A stretch of DNA of 64,000 nucleotides, from the IMG/VR virus record IMGVR_UViG_3300027747_004524, positions 58,855 to 122,854 of that record; one strand, given 5' to 3'. A program made the translations under genes and the position numbers. Shown in pieces: positions 42,969-52,202 of the stretch. Source of the DNA: a virus. The notes beneath the pieces were generated by a model that saw only the letters and a program-made list of their open reading frames with translations, did not search any database and had not been told where the DNA came from. Each line of letters begins with the position of its first letter. The first letter of the stretch is position 1.

Positions 42969-43976
42969 ATGTTAACCAGCGAACTGCCGGTAGTGATGCT
43001 GACTGCATCCCAAAAAGCCTTTGTCAAAAGTGAGCTTCTGAAGGTGACATCCTGTCTTGAACACTGGCAGGAAACATACAACCAAACTTTTTCGCCTGAG
43101 AAGCCGATCTCAATCTCGGGAATCAAGAAGAAGATTCTTGATTCTTCTCTTGAGGAAACTTTCCCACAGATCGTGCAGGCTAAAGCTCTGCTGAACAGTT
43201 TCATAAACGACCATGTGAATTCCCTTGGTGCTCCGCTAGAGTACACTGTTATATGTTCTTTTTCCGCCATGTGTATATCGTTGGCTAGAAGCAGATCGCA
43301 GAAAGTTTCTGCAGACCTTAATGTAGATCCTCAAAGTGTGTACGAAGACATCCTGCAGGATGCCTACGCTAGTGTGCATCACGCAATGTACTACTTCACT
43401 CAAAGCAACATACAGCTCTCTACTTTTGTTCTGAATGCCGTCAAGAGAAGTATTGAGAGATGTTCTCACTATAAGTACTCAAAGCTTTCCCCGATGTCTC
43501 CTGACGACATTCGAGACGTATACAAGTGTCGAACCGCAATGGGCGAAGACCCAGGAATGACTGTTGAGGAGTTGGCTCAAGAAGTTGGTTTAACACCCGA
43601 CAGAGCGGAAGAAGTTCTGTCTTACATGACAAAAGTTGTCAGATCATCGCAAAGTACTTCGTCCAATGATTCTTTCGACGTAGTTTCCAACATTCCACAA
43701 GATTCGTCTTCGTTGGAAGAAGTTGATAACATCGACACCGTAGACTTCTTGAAAAAGATCTTTGACCAGACTGATCATACAATGCTCTCTCTTTCGAAGG
43801 AGGAAAAAGAAGTCATTGCAGCTGCTGTCTTTTACCGCTTTGAAAGAGGATGGCAATCCACCTTTGCAAAGCAGTACATCAATCAGTCAACTGGTAGGCC
43901 CTACACAAGAGCCCGTATAGGTCAATTCTTTAGTTCTGCTTTAACAAAGATCAAGGCCCATTTGGAGGCCGCGTAA
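42969..43976 (+). CDS. Divergent sigma-70 family factor
   Basis: EDILQDAY...LSTFV.NAV (region 2), TVEELAQEVGLT (region 3), LSKEEKEVI...TRARIGQ..SSAL.KIK (region 4). Confidence 0.7.
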   Translation: MLTSELPVVMLTASQKAFVKSELLKVTSCLEHWQETYNQTFSPEKPISISGIKKKILDSSLEETFPQIVQAKALLNSFINDHVNSLGAPLEYTVICSFSAMCISLARSRSQKVSADLNVDPQSVYEDILQDAYASVHHAMYYFTQSNIQLSTFVLNAVKRSIERCSHYKYSKLSPMSPDDIRDVYKCRTAMGEDPGMTVEELAQEVGLTPDRAEEVLSYMTKVVRSSQSTSSNDSFDVVSNIPQDSSSLEEVDNIDTVDFLKKIFDQTDHTMLSLSKEEKEVIAAAVFYRFERGWQSTFAKQYINQSTGRPYTRARIGQFFSSALTKIKAHLEAA

Positions 43977-46129
43977 TGTCTGTTTTCCCAAATAAGTTTC
44001 CGTGCTTTTGTTCTAACAAATCTTGCTCTAAAAGATTAGGAGTAGGAGAAGGGTTGGTTCAAAGATTAGATCAAGGTTATGTTCCTTGGTGTAGAGATTG
44101 CGTTCCCGTTCGGATTGGGGCTCCTACAACCAAATCAACTATGAACGATAATTTTGAGATATTCACTCAATACGATCCTTCTATTGTGGCCCTGATAAAA
44201 TCTTTGCCAAAGTCCAAATGGAACCCCGATAAAAAGTGTTGGTCTGTTAGCAAGGAACTTTCAGATAGACCTAGAATATTGGAAGTTGCTGACTACCTAG
44301 GTATCGCTGTTCCCTCTTCCATAAAAGAGGTAGACACGACTAAAGCATTAGACCCAGCCCTTGTCACCGCTATAAACTCCAGCCCAATGTACCCCTTCCA
44401 GAAGGAAGGGTCTTTGTTCTGTGCGTCAAAAGACAAGTCTCTTTTAGGCGACGAAATGGGTCTTGGGAAAAGCGTCCAAGCCCTTATGTCCGTTCCCGGT
44501 TCCGCTCCTGCGGTGATCGTCTGTAGGGCAGGAATCAAATACAATTGGGTTGAAGAGGTTTCTAAATGGAGACCAGACTTAAAGCCCACAGTTGTTTCTG
44601 GCAAAGATGGTTTTTATTGGCCCGATGCTGGTGAGGTTGTAATAGTAAATCATGATATTTTACCTAAGATTTTTACGACTCCGTCCAAGATTGTTGGCGA
44701 AAGCAAGCCTCGATACGCAGAGAGGCTAAAGACTTTTAGGAAAGAATTGCTGTCTCTTAATCCTCAAGCGTCCTCTACATATCTGATTGTTGATGAAGCA
44801 CATGACTTTAAGAACTATGCTTCTCAAAGAAGCAAGAAGCTTAAAGAGATGTGTAAGCTTGTAAAAAAGGTGGTTGGCTTGACCGGTTCACCTCTTACAA
44901 ATAGACCGCCTGAGCTTTATGGTGTTTTTGATGTTTTGGGAATAGCTGGTGAAACTTTTGGTTCTTTTGAGAACTTTAAGAAGCTTTTTAATGCAACTGA
45001 AGAAACAGTTAACAAATCCGGTCAAAGAATGATTGTTTGGGGGATGCCAAAGCCCATAGTTCCGGAGCTTCTTAAAAGGACTATGTTAAGGCGATTGAGG
45101 AGTAACGTTCTTCCTGATCTTCCTCAAAAGACTTACACAACGATATTTACCGATCTTAATGACAAATGCCTTCTAAAGAAAATGGATGGTCTCCTAGGTG
45201 ATTGGGAAGATGTTATTAACAAGGGAGAGTTGCCGCCGTTCTCTTCTTTTAGTGAGATAAGAAAGAAGCTTGCTGAGAACAGAATTCCTCAAATGATAGA
45301 GTTCATTGAAGATGCTGAAGACCAGGGTATCCCTCTTGTTGTCTTTAGTGCTCATCTTCCTCCTTTAGATGCCCTCTTAACAAGAGAGGGCTGGGCTGTT
45401 ATTTCTGGAGATACACCTCCCGAAAGCAGACAAAAGATTGTTAACCTCTTTCAACAGAACAAACTTAAGGGGGTAGGCGTAAGCATTAGGGCAGGTGGCG
45501 TTGGAATAACTCTGACCAACGCATGGAAGGCTCTTTTTGTTGACTTAGACTGGACCCCCGCCGCAAACTGGCAGGCAGAAGACAGGATCGCAAGAATTGG
45601 TCAAAAGTCTAACAAGGTAGAAATAGTTAGGATGGTGGCTAATCATCCCTTGGACATTCATGTTAACAAACTCCTTTGCCACAAAATAAAGGTCATACAG
45701 GATTCGATTGATAACAACATAAAGGTTTGTGTTAGCGGCTCTGAGACCGAATATGAGTTTAAGACTCGTATGGATAAACTCTTAACTGAGCAGGAGTCTG
45801 AGAAGAAGGCAAAGATATCCGTTAAGGTTGCTCACATACATGAAAAAGAAGTTGCTAAGTCCAAAGGATTGGACTTATCTTGTTGTTCATCAAAAGCAGA
45901 CGTAATAAGACATGCGTTTAAACACATGCTATCGGTTTGTGATGGTGCACTTCAACGTGATGGAATGGGTTTCAATAAACCGGATTCGATTATCGCTCAT
46001 TGGGTCCTTTCTTCTGGTCTTAATGAGTTATTTGAATTGGAAGCGGCTTTTCTTATTCTCTCTAGGTACAAAAGACAGTTGAAAAAGAGTTTTCCGTCGC
46101 TTTTTGAAGAAGAAAAGATCGTCTTATGA
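43976..46129 (+). CDS. SNF2-family helicase (SMARCAL1/HARP-like)
   Basis: LGDEMGLGKS, DEAH, LTGSP..NRP.EL, RRL...VL.DLP, GGVGITLT, DW.PA...QAEDR..RIGQ; HARP-like W....K.W.V segment. Confidence 0.92.
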   Translation: MSVFPNKFPCFCSNKSCSKRLGVGEGLVQRLDQGYVPWCRDCVPVRIGAPTTKSTMNDNFEIFTQYDPSIVALIKSLPKSKWNPDKKCWSVSKELSDRPRILEVADYLGIAVPSSIKEVDTTKALDPALVTAINSSPMYPFQKEGSLFCASKDKSLLGDEMGLGKSVQALMSVPGSAPAVIVCRAGIKYNWVEEVSKWRPDLKPTVVSGKDGFYWPDAGEVVIVNHDILPKIFTTPSKIVGESKPRYAERLKTFRKELLSLNPQASSTYLIVDEAHDFKNYASQRSKKLKEMCKLVKKVVGLTGSPLTNRPPELYGVFDVLGIAGETFGSFENFKKLFNATEETVNKSGQRMIVWGMPKPIVPELLKRTMLRRLRSNVLPDLPQKTYTTIFTDLNDKCLLKKMDGLLGDWEDVINKGELPPFSSFSEIRKKLAENRIPQMIEFIEDAEDQGIPLVVFSAHLPPLDALLTREGWAVISGDTPPESRQKIVNLFQQNKLKGVGVSIRAGGVGITLTNAWKALFVDLDWTPAANWQAEDRIARIGQKSNKVEIVRMVANHPLDIHVNKLLCHKIKVIQDSIDNNIKVCVSGSETEYEFKTRMDKLLTEQESEKKAKISVKVAHIHEKEVAKSKGLDLSCCSSKADVIRHAFKHMLSVCDGALQRDGMGFNKPDSIIAHWVLSSGLNELFELEAAFLILSRYKRQLKKSFPSLFEEEKIVL

Positions 46130-46455
46130 AAAATTACTCAGATTTAGACTATTTTATCTTAGAGTCTTGTCGGAAGAGCCTTCTTTCGAAAGGTTTGGAT
46201 CTTTCTCATAAGCAGATACTGAAAAAGATCAAAAAGCTTCATAAGCTTTACGACAAGTTTAACTTCACACAACACAGTTTATTTCATCTTTGGAACATGT
46301 ATAATACTGATCCGCCTCATCCCCCTTATAACTACTTTTTTGAAACTCAAAATGAAGCGGCTAGTTTTGCGAAGAAGGCTAAAGAGAAGTACAATGTTAA
46401 ATGTGAAATAACCCCACAGAACAGTGTTTGGAAACTAACGGGTAAAAATGAATGA
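46126..46455 (+). CDS. Hypothetical protein
   Basis: ATGA overlap. Confidence 0.55.
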   Translation: MKNYSDLDYFILESCRKSLLSKGLDLSHKQILKKIKKLHKLYDKFNFTQHSLFHLWNMYNTDPPHPPYNYFFETQNEAASFAKKAKEKYNVKCEITPQNSVWKLTGKNE

Positions 46456-46891
46456 AGCAGACATAGAAGATTACAAAAAAATTGGTGTAGATGTAATACG
46501 GATTTATAAATCTGGGGGCCGCTGGCTTTTTAAGAAAGACGGCCACGAATACAACATGGCCCCAGCAGATGCGGTAGGGGCTTCTCTTTCTCCTACTGTT
46601 TTAGGAGCCAACCGTGTTATAGAACACGGTTGTAATATTAAAGGCATAAAAAACCCTGAAAAAGGTTTTTATTTGCTTTTTTCTACTCAATACTTTCCTA
46701 ATTCTGACGTCAAACTTACTTTCAAAGAGATTAAGTTCGACGGTTGGGTTTATAGTCTGGAAAGTATGTCTCTACAAGTTCCAAAAATTGTAGAATCAAT
46801 ATGGGTTTGTCCCTATTTGGGTGTTTATTATGCAAAAGGTGCCCCCAAAAACTTATATTTGAGGATTCTCCCAGATGAAAATTCAAATTAG
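46448..46891 (+). CDS. DUF6717-like protein
   Basis: YK..G.W.F, GF.L.FS..YFP, W.CP.L..YY...PK.LY pattern. Confidence 0.55.
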   Translation: MNEADIEDYKKIGVDVIRIYKSGGRWLFKKDGHEYNMAPADAVGASLSPTVLGANRVIEHGCNIKGIKNPEKGFYLLFSTQYFPNSDVKLTFKEIKFDGWVYSLESMSLQVPKIVESIWVCPYLGVYYAKGAPKNLYLRILPDENSN

Positions 46892-47072
46892 TGTAGAAAT
46901 ACTCAATAAGGGCCATTCTCTGACAGCTAAAGATTTAAAGGTCTTTGGAGCCATCTCTTTTATTAAACGCCTTCCAAAGGTGATTAAGAAGGCTATAAAG
47001 GTAGTCTGCTGGCCTTTTGATGCAACCGTACAGGTTCGCATATTAGATGTTCCGAAGGTGATTAATAAATAA
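46875..47072 (+). CDS. Hypothetical protein
   Basis: 65-aa ORF overlapping the previous stop. Confidence 0.5.
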   Translation: MKIQISVEILNKGHSLTAKDLKVFGAISFIKRLPKVIKKAIKVVCWPFDATVQVRILDVPKVINK

Positions 47073-47075
47073 CTT

Positions 47076-47384
47076 ATGAATTCTCAAAAATCAGTGGGTC
47101 TTTTTAGCGTTTTTCTTTTGTTCTTGTCCTTGGTAAGACTGTGGGATCGTGACGTTCTTGGATCCATTTTATTCTTCGTTTTTTCTGCTTTGTTTTTCTT
47201 TTCCTATTTTATGGAAAAACAAAGACTTGTGAAGCAAGAAGAATCGGACCAAAGAAAGAAGGTATTCACAAACCTCGCATCACCTAAAATAATATCAAAG
47301 AATGAGGGAAATTCTCAAATTACAACTTTAATTGTACCTTCCCTTGAGCTTTTTAACGAGATGAGAAAAGATGCAAATATATAA
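47076..47384 (+). CDS. Membrane protein
   Basis: Two N-terminal TM helices. Confidence 0.6.
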   Translation: MNSQKSVGLFSVFLLFLSLVRLWDRDVLGSILFFVFSALFFFSYFMEKQRLVKQEESDQRKKVFTNLASPKIISKNEGNSQITTLIVPSLELFNEMRKDANI

Positions 47385-47721
47385 GATAAAGCAACCTAGC
47401 TCGCACAAATTGTATGTAGCCTTGTCACAGGACGATGACACGCTTAACTTAAGCGAACTGTTGTTGGCTGGACACACTACGGATGAATCCATAAAAGTTA
47501 AAAAAGAGGATGTAGAAATCGTTTCTAATCCTTCTCCACCTTGGAAAGCTGCTTTCTTGGTTTGGAAAAACTCATTAATTATGAGCGAGATAGAGGACCA
47601 AGAATTTCGAAAAAGAGTTAAGTACAAGAAAAAGATCGTAGAACTGCTATCACACAAATACCAGATTGACATTGACATTCTTACCCAAATAGTTCACGAG
47701 CTTGAAGAAGCAGAGTATTAA
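47371..47721 (+). CDS. Hypothetical protein
   Basis: 116-aa ORF at the end of the operon. Confidence 0.6.
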   Translation: MQIYKIKQPSSHKLYVALSQDDDTLNLSELLLAGHTTDESIKVKKEDVEIVSNPSPPWKAAFLVWKNSLIMSEIEDQEFRKRVKYKKKIVELLSHKYQIDIDILTQIVHELEEAEY

Positions 47722-48686
47722 TCATCTTCTTTTCTGTCTAAGAAGTACTGCTTTACACGTTGGTTGTATTCTTTTGTGTTCTTCCAATGCATTAGCTTGT
47801 CTGGGTCTTTACACATAAACATTCTTGGATTTTCGCAAATAGCGTCAGGGATGTAGTCTTTCCTTCTTTGGTAATTTCTATTTTTGAAGGTTCCATGGTA
47901 GAGGTGATAGACTGTACTGTCTCTTAAGAACCCCACTCTTAAATTATTTTTTTCTACGTTATACGCATACTTCTTATAATTATCTGACCGTGTGCATGGT
48001 AGGTCTGCTTTTTTCTTTATTAGGCTGTTGACGAAGCATATGTCTCCCTCTCCCATTGAAACCCAATCATAGAAGCCATTTATTTTCTGAAAAACTTCTT
48101 TTCTGAAACACCAAGCGAAGCCCGGGTGGTAATACTGCTGCTCAAATTCTACCTTTTTAAAGATACCTACAGATGATGCTATCTGTCCTGTCTTTATAGT
48201 TTTTCTGTTTTTGTTAAACCATTTACACGTATCAAACGGTTGTACTACGTCATAGTAATCTAAAAGCCTGGACGATTCATCGTACCAATTTTCATTGTCA
48301 AAAATTATGTCACTATCTATAAAACATATTTTTTGAAAGTTTTCTTTTGAGCCTAGGATGTTGTACAAGTTCTCCTTGTAGAACATAAAAGAATCAGACT
48401 CGCCCCAGTAGTCAGCATCTACATTCTTTTTTTGCCCTGGGAACAATAGAGATATTGTCTTAAAAGGTATCCCATCAGACTTTAGCTTGTTTGTAACCTT
48501 AATCCAGTTTTCTATTGGCCTTTTGTATTCGACTATAGAAAAAAAACACATGCATACCAAAAGGTCTTTCTTGGTACAATTATACTTTGTGTTCTCTACC
48601 TTCTCTATTGGAATAGACTCTTGTAGCTTTTCAATTGAACGAGTCAGCCACTCATCATCTGGTTCTTTTACAACACCCATTTCCAT
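47718..48686 (-). CDS. GT-A fold glycosyltransferase
   Basis: KENLYN, FIDSDIIF (DxD), GFAW.FR...F.KI.GF, GEGD, HLYHG. Confidence 0.7.
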   Translation of the reverse strand: MEMGVVKEPDDEWLTRSIEKLQESIPIEKVENTKYNCTKKDLLVCMCFFSIVEYKRPIENWIKVTNKLKSDGIPFKTISLLFPGQKKNVDADYWGESDSFMFYKENLYNILGSKENFQKICFIDSDIIFDNENWYDESSRLLDYYDVVQPFDTCKWFNKNRKTIKTGQIASSVGIFKKVEFEQQYYHPGFAWCFRKEVFQKINGFYDWVSMGEGDICFVNSLIKKKADLPCTRSDNYKKYAYNVEKNNLRVGFLRDSTVYHLYHGTFKNRNYQRRKDYIPDAICENPRMFMCKDPDKLMHWKNTKEYNQRVKQYFLDRKEDD

Positions 48687-48877
48687 AAAAAGTTAAGTAT
48701 GGTGCAGATACCAGAAGCAAAGCATATAGCATAGAAAACTACTAACAGGCAACCTGTAGCCACTACGAATTGTGCTTCGACCTCATTTCTCTTCTTTCTT
48801 TTTTGATATACGATATATCCTAATGAGGCCAAGAAGACCACCAAAATCACCCAGAAGTTTTGTGATATCAATTCCAT
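48668..48877 (-). CDS. Small membrane protein
   Basis: Two TM helices separated by a basic loop. Confidence 0.6.
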   Translation of the reverse strand: MELISQNFWVILVVFLASLGYIVYQKRKKRNEVEAQFVVATGCLLVVFYAICFASGICTILNFLWKWVL

Positions 48878-48878
48878 G

Positions 48879-49622
48879 CTATTCCTTATTTAAATAATTT
48901 ATTAGGTTAGAACAATTAACAAGGCCCTTGTACTCTTTCTGCTGCTCATCCATTCCCTCTATGGCTTTTACAAGTAGCTTCTTGTCTATGTTCTCTTCTT
49001 TAATTATATATTGCCTTAGTAGGAACAAACAGAATTTTTCTTTTGTAAATCCCACGGTAACCTGTCTTTCAACCTTAATTAGCACCTTTGGTTCATTTGG
49101 ATCAAATTTCTTTTCCGGGAACCTTGGGTGAAAGTTGTACTTATCCTCATAGACCACGCTCCAGACAAATCTTTCAAACATACCGTTGTTTATTATGGCC
49201 TCAACGAGTTTTTTGCTGTTCTTCAGGTTCATTGGTACCGGTTTATGTATTTCTTCAAAAGATGTGCCAATCTTTTTTTCGGGCAACCAATGGCTTGCAA
49301 AAACCACATGGGCAGAACACATATAATCTCTGTCTTGATCAATTCTGTGTATTATGAGGTCTTCGTCTATTTCTTTTGCTATATCAAGATACTTGCTGCT
49401 TTTAAGCTTTATTGGGTAGTTCTGTAGTATAAATTCTTCACATATTTCGTAAAACCTTGGTTCGTTTTGGCTCTCAAAGAAGTACTTTTGGTTTTTGAGA
49501 CCCTCTTGCTTTTCATCTTGTATTCTTTGTGATTCTTCTCTGTTGGTCTCGAATACTTCGCTTTTTGATACTTTTTTAAGGTTTGGGAGGGTGCTGTATC
49601 CTTGTTTGTATGGGTGGAACAT
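48879..49622 (-). CDS. DUF3445 / heme-dependent oxidative N-demethylase alpha-subunit-like protein
   Basis: EDL.I, V.F.S.W....KIG..F..IH.PVP, ERF.W, .VERQ motifs; GGAGG RBS. Confidence 0.7.
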   Translation of the reverse strand: MFHPYKQGYSTLPNLKKVSKSEVFETNREESQRIQDEKQEGLKNQKYFFESQNEPRFYEICEEFILQNYPIKLKSSKYLDIAKEIDEDLIIHRIDQDRDYMCSAHVVFASHWLPEKKIGTSFEEIHKPVPMNLKNSKKLVEAIINNGMFERFVWSVVYEDKYNFHPRFPEKKFDPNEPKVLIKVERQVTVGFTKEKFCLFLLRQYIIKEENIDKKLLVKAIEGMDEQQKEYKGLVNCSNLINYLNKE

Positions 49623-49684
49623 TAAATAACCTCCTTTTTTCTTCTATTCTACGCTAAATAGATGAGTAAACATGGAACATTATT

Positions 49685-50323
49685 ATGACTGAATCCTTTA
49701 AAGAGTGGTTAAAAAACGAAGAGTTAAACGAACAAGGTTTAACTCGTAGAAAACTTTTGTCTGGTGGGGCCGCCGCTCTTGTAGGAGCATTAGGTTTAAA
49801 CAAGGCCATGGGAGCCAACACATCAGCTAATTCACCTGGAGTTACAGCACCAGAGGATTCGGTTGGAATGATTCCACAGATAAGAAATTGGTCTGATAGA
49901 GATGGTACATTCTCTAAACAAGGTCATTTAGAGAGTTTAGACAAAAGCTTTGCTTACATAAGATTCACTGATAGCCCTGATAAGCTTACAAGAATACCAA
50001 GGAATTGGTTGTCTGACGAGGACAAGGAATACTTATCAATGTTTGAACAAGGAAGAAGAACACATCCAGCAGGCGATGCACAAGTTCAAAATGGTCCCTC
50101 AACGGTTCAACAAGGACAGGCAGAGAAGAAACCATTTAATCCAAAGTTTGGACCAAAGCCTTCTACAAAGAATCCAACACCGATGCAAGTGTATAGGCAT
50201 CAAGTAAGAATAGCTAGAGATGGAGCACATCAAGTTAGTCTAGGAAAGAAACCTCCTGTTGATTACCTGATTCTTTATAGATACTACAACGGTATTATGC
50301 CCGACCCTCCAGAGGATGAGTAA
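49685..50323 (+). CDS. Protein with a capsid-targeting-like tag, Tat-like signal and SHD1 domain
   Basis: SFKEWLKNEELNE | GLTRRKLL-hydrophobic-AMG; RNWSDRDGTFS...IP...LSDEDKEYL (SHD1-like). Confidence 0.7.
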   Translation: MTESFKEWLKNEELNEQGLTRRKLLSGGAAALVGALGLNKAMGANTSANSPGVTAPEDSVGMIPQIRNWSDRDGTFSKQGHLESLDKSFAYIRFTDSPDKLTRIPRNWLSDEDKEYLSMFEQGRRTHPAGDAQVQNGPSTVQQGQAEKKPFNPKFGPKPSTKNPTPMQVYRHQVRIARDGAHQVSLGKKPPVDYLILYRYYNGIMPDPPEDE

Positions 50324-50966
50324 CATGAATTTTAAAGAATGGTTTGAAATAAACGAAGTAAAAGATGCCTGTTACCATAAAGTTAAAAAAAGGTATAAAG
50401 TGTTCCCATCTGCTTATGCCTCAGGGGCTCTGGTAAAGTGTCGTAAAAAAGGAGCGAAAAATTGGGGCAACTCTAAGAAGAAGAAAAAGAAAATGTACAA
50501 GGAAGATATTAATGAGGCTCTAAAAGATAGAAAGCAATACGATGATGCTACAAAGGCAATGATGGCTCTTCACTATAGTGGTTTTGATGTAGAAAATGCA
50601 TCTGCAAAAGAAATAGAAGTTGCTCTTGAAAAAATGGGTAAGAACCCAACAGAGGGAGCTTCTCCCGGACTTTTTGCAGCAAGGGTAAAGTCTGTTGCAA
50701 AAGGCACAGTTCAGCCAGAAGACTTTAAAGAAGGTACTTTTGACCTTGAAAAGAAAAGAGGCTTAAGAGGCTGGTTTGATAGAAATGGAGGAAAAGGTTG
50801 GGTTGATTGTAAGGCTAGCCGAAAAGGAAATATAGTTCCATGTGGAAGAAAGTCTGCTGGTAAAGGAGCAGAGAGAAAATATCCAGCTTGCAGACCAAAT
50901 TTATCAGCTTGTAACAAAAAAGGTACTAAAAGTAAGAAAAGCAGCAAAAGAGTTTCCTGGGATTAG
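50316..50966 (+). CDS. Basic phage protein with a capsid-targeting-like N-terminus
   Basis: NFKEWFEINE; KDACYHKVK.RYKV.PSAYASGALVKCRK.GA.NWG; LR.WF...W..C...PCGR...YP.CRP. Confidence 0.7.
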   Translation: MSNMNFKEWFEINEVKDACYHKVKKRYKVFPSAYASGALVKCRKKGAKNWGNSKKKKKKMYKEDINEALKDRKQYDDATKAMMALHYSGFDVENASAKEIEVALEKMGKNPTEGASPGLFAARVKSVAKGTVQPEDFKEGTFDLEKKRGLRGWFDRNGGKGWVDCKASRKGNIVPCGRKSAGKGAERKYPACRPNLSACNKKGTKSKKSSKRVSWD

Positions 50967-51030
50967 GCGAGTTTGGCTCCCTATTTCAGCATATCAGATG
51001 ATAATATGTCTTTATGAGGTAACATGATAA

Positions 51031-51708
51031 ATGAATGATGCTGTGATAGTGAGCGACATACATTTGGGCAGTTCAGTTTGTCAATCCAAGAGGGTGTTGG
51101 AGTTATTAAAGCATATTGAAACTGGTGTTATTGAAACAAAAGAAATTATAATTAATGGGGATTTGTTTGATAGTTGGGATTTTAGAAAGCTTAGAGGTTC
51201 TCATTGGAAAGTTTTGTCTAAAATGCGAAGTCTTGCTAAAAGCAAACATATTGTGTGGATAAATGGTAATCATGATGGTCCGGCGGAAATAATATCTCAC
51301 TTAATTGGGGTTGATTTTGTGGATGAGTATGTGCTTGTGAGTGAGAATAAAAAAATATTAATTTTACATGGAGATAAATTTGATAAATTTATAGTAGATC
51401 ATCCTATTTTCACAAAGATCGCAGACCTAACATACAGAGCTATACAAAAGATAGACAATAGCTTTTATTTAGCTAAATTGGCCAAAAGAAGCAGCAAGAC
51501 ATTTCTAAGATGTTCGGAGCAGATTATGGACAGGGCCAAGATTTATGCAGAGAGCAAAGGTGTTGATGTTGTGTGTTGTGGTCACACCCACATGATTATG
51601 CAAAACGAAAAAGATAAGGTTTGGTATTACAATAGTGGTTGTTGGACTGAAGATCCTTGTCATTATATATTAATTAATAAAGGACTAGCTAGTATAAATC
51701 AATTTTAA
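51031..51708 (+). CDS. UDP-2,3-diacylglucosamine hydrolase-like metallophosphoesterase
   Basis: VSDIHLG, NGD.FD, GNHD, LHGD.FD, CGHTH, NSG.W. Confidence 0.75.
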   Translation: MNDAVIVSDIHLGSSVCQSKRVLELLKHIETGVIETKEIIINGDLFDSWDFRKLRGSHWKVLSKMRSLAKSKHIVWINGNHDGPAEIISHLIGVDFVDEYVLVSENKKILILHGDKFDKFIVDHPIFTKIADLTYRAIQKIDNSFYLAKLAKRSSKTFLRCSEQIMDRAKIYAESKGVDVVCCGHTHMIMQNEKDKVWYYNSGCWTEDPCHYILINKGLASINQF

Positions 51709-51765
51709 AACTTACTAACAAAATTCTAACAATTGAGCATAAATACTTTAAAAGAGGGAATCTTT

Positions 51766-52020
51766 ATGCAAAATTTTAGATTGATTTTAAGATGTTTGTT
51801 TTTTGGGTGTTTCACTTGTTGGATGGTGGTTTCTATGTTGAGCACGGAGCTACAAATACTAACCAACAGTGGATTTTCCGAGTTTATGGCAAAGGATCTT
51901 TATTATGGCTATTTGTCTGTGAGAGTGTTTTATGAAAACATATGTTTCATATCGATAATTAGTTTTTGTTGGGGATGTTTGATGGGATTTTTTTGGAGGC
52001 CCAACACATTCAATCTTTGA
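51766..52020 (+). CDS. Membrane protein
   Basis: Two hydrophobic helices; CATAAATA upstream. Confidence 0.55.
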   Translation: MQNFRLILRCLFFGCFTCWMVVSMLSTELQILTNSGFSEFMAKDLYYGYLSVRVFYENICFISIISFCWGCLMGFFWRPNTFNL

Positions 52021-52202
52021 TTTTTATATATCTCATCCACATGATTTTGGTTGTTGGAATGAGTATTTCTATGAGCATTATTCCAACTAATATTAATTTA
52101 ATTTCTATATTTTGTTGATTTATTTTTTCAATAAAGTCCATGAGTGCAATGGTTGTTATCAAAAGATAAGAACAAATTAGAAAATATAATTAAAAGTTTA
52201 CG

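Noticed and set aside
52010-52141. 43-aa minus-strand ORF (MDFIEKINQQ...)
   Set aside because: No clear RBS or motif in very AT-rich DNA; could be real but is unsupported
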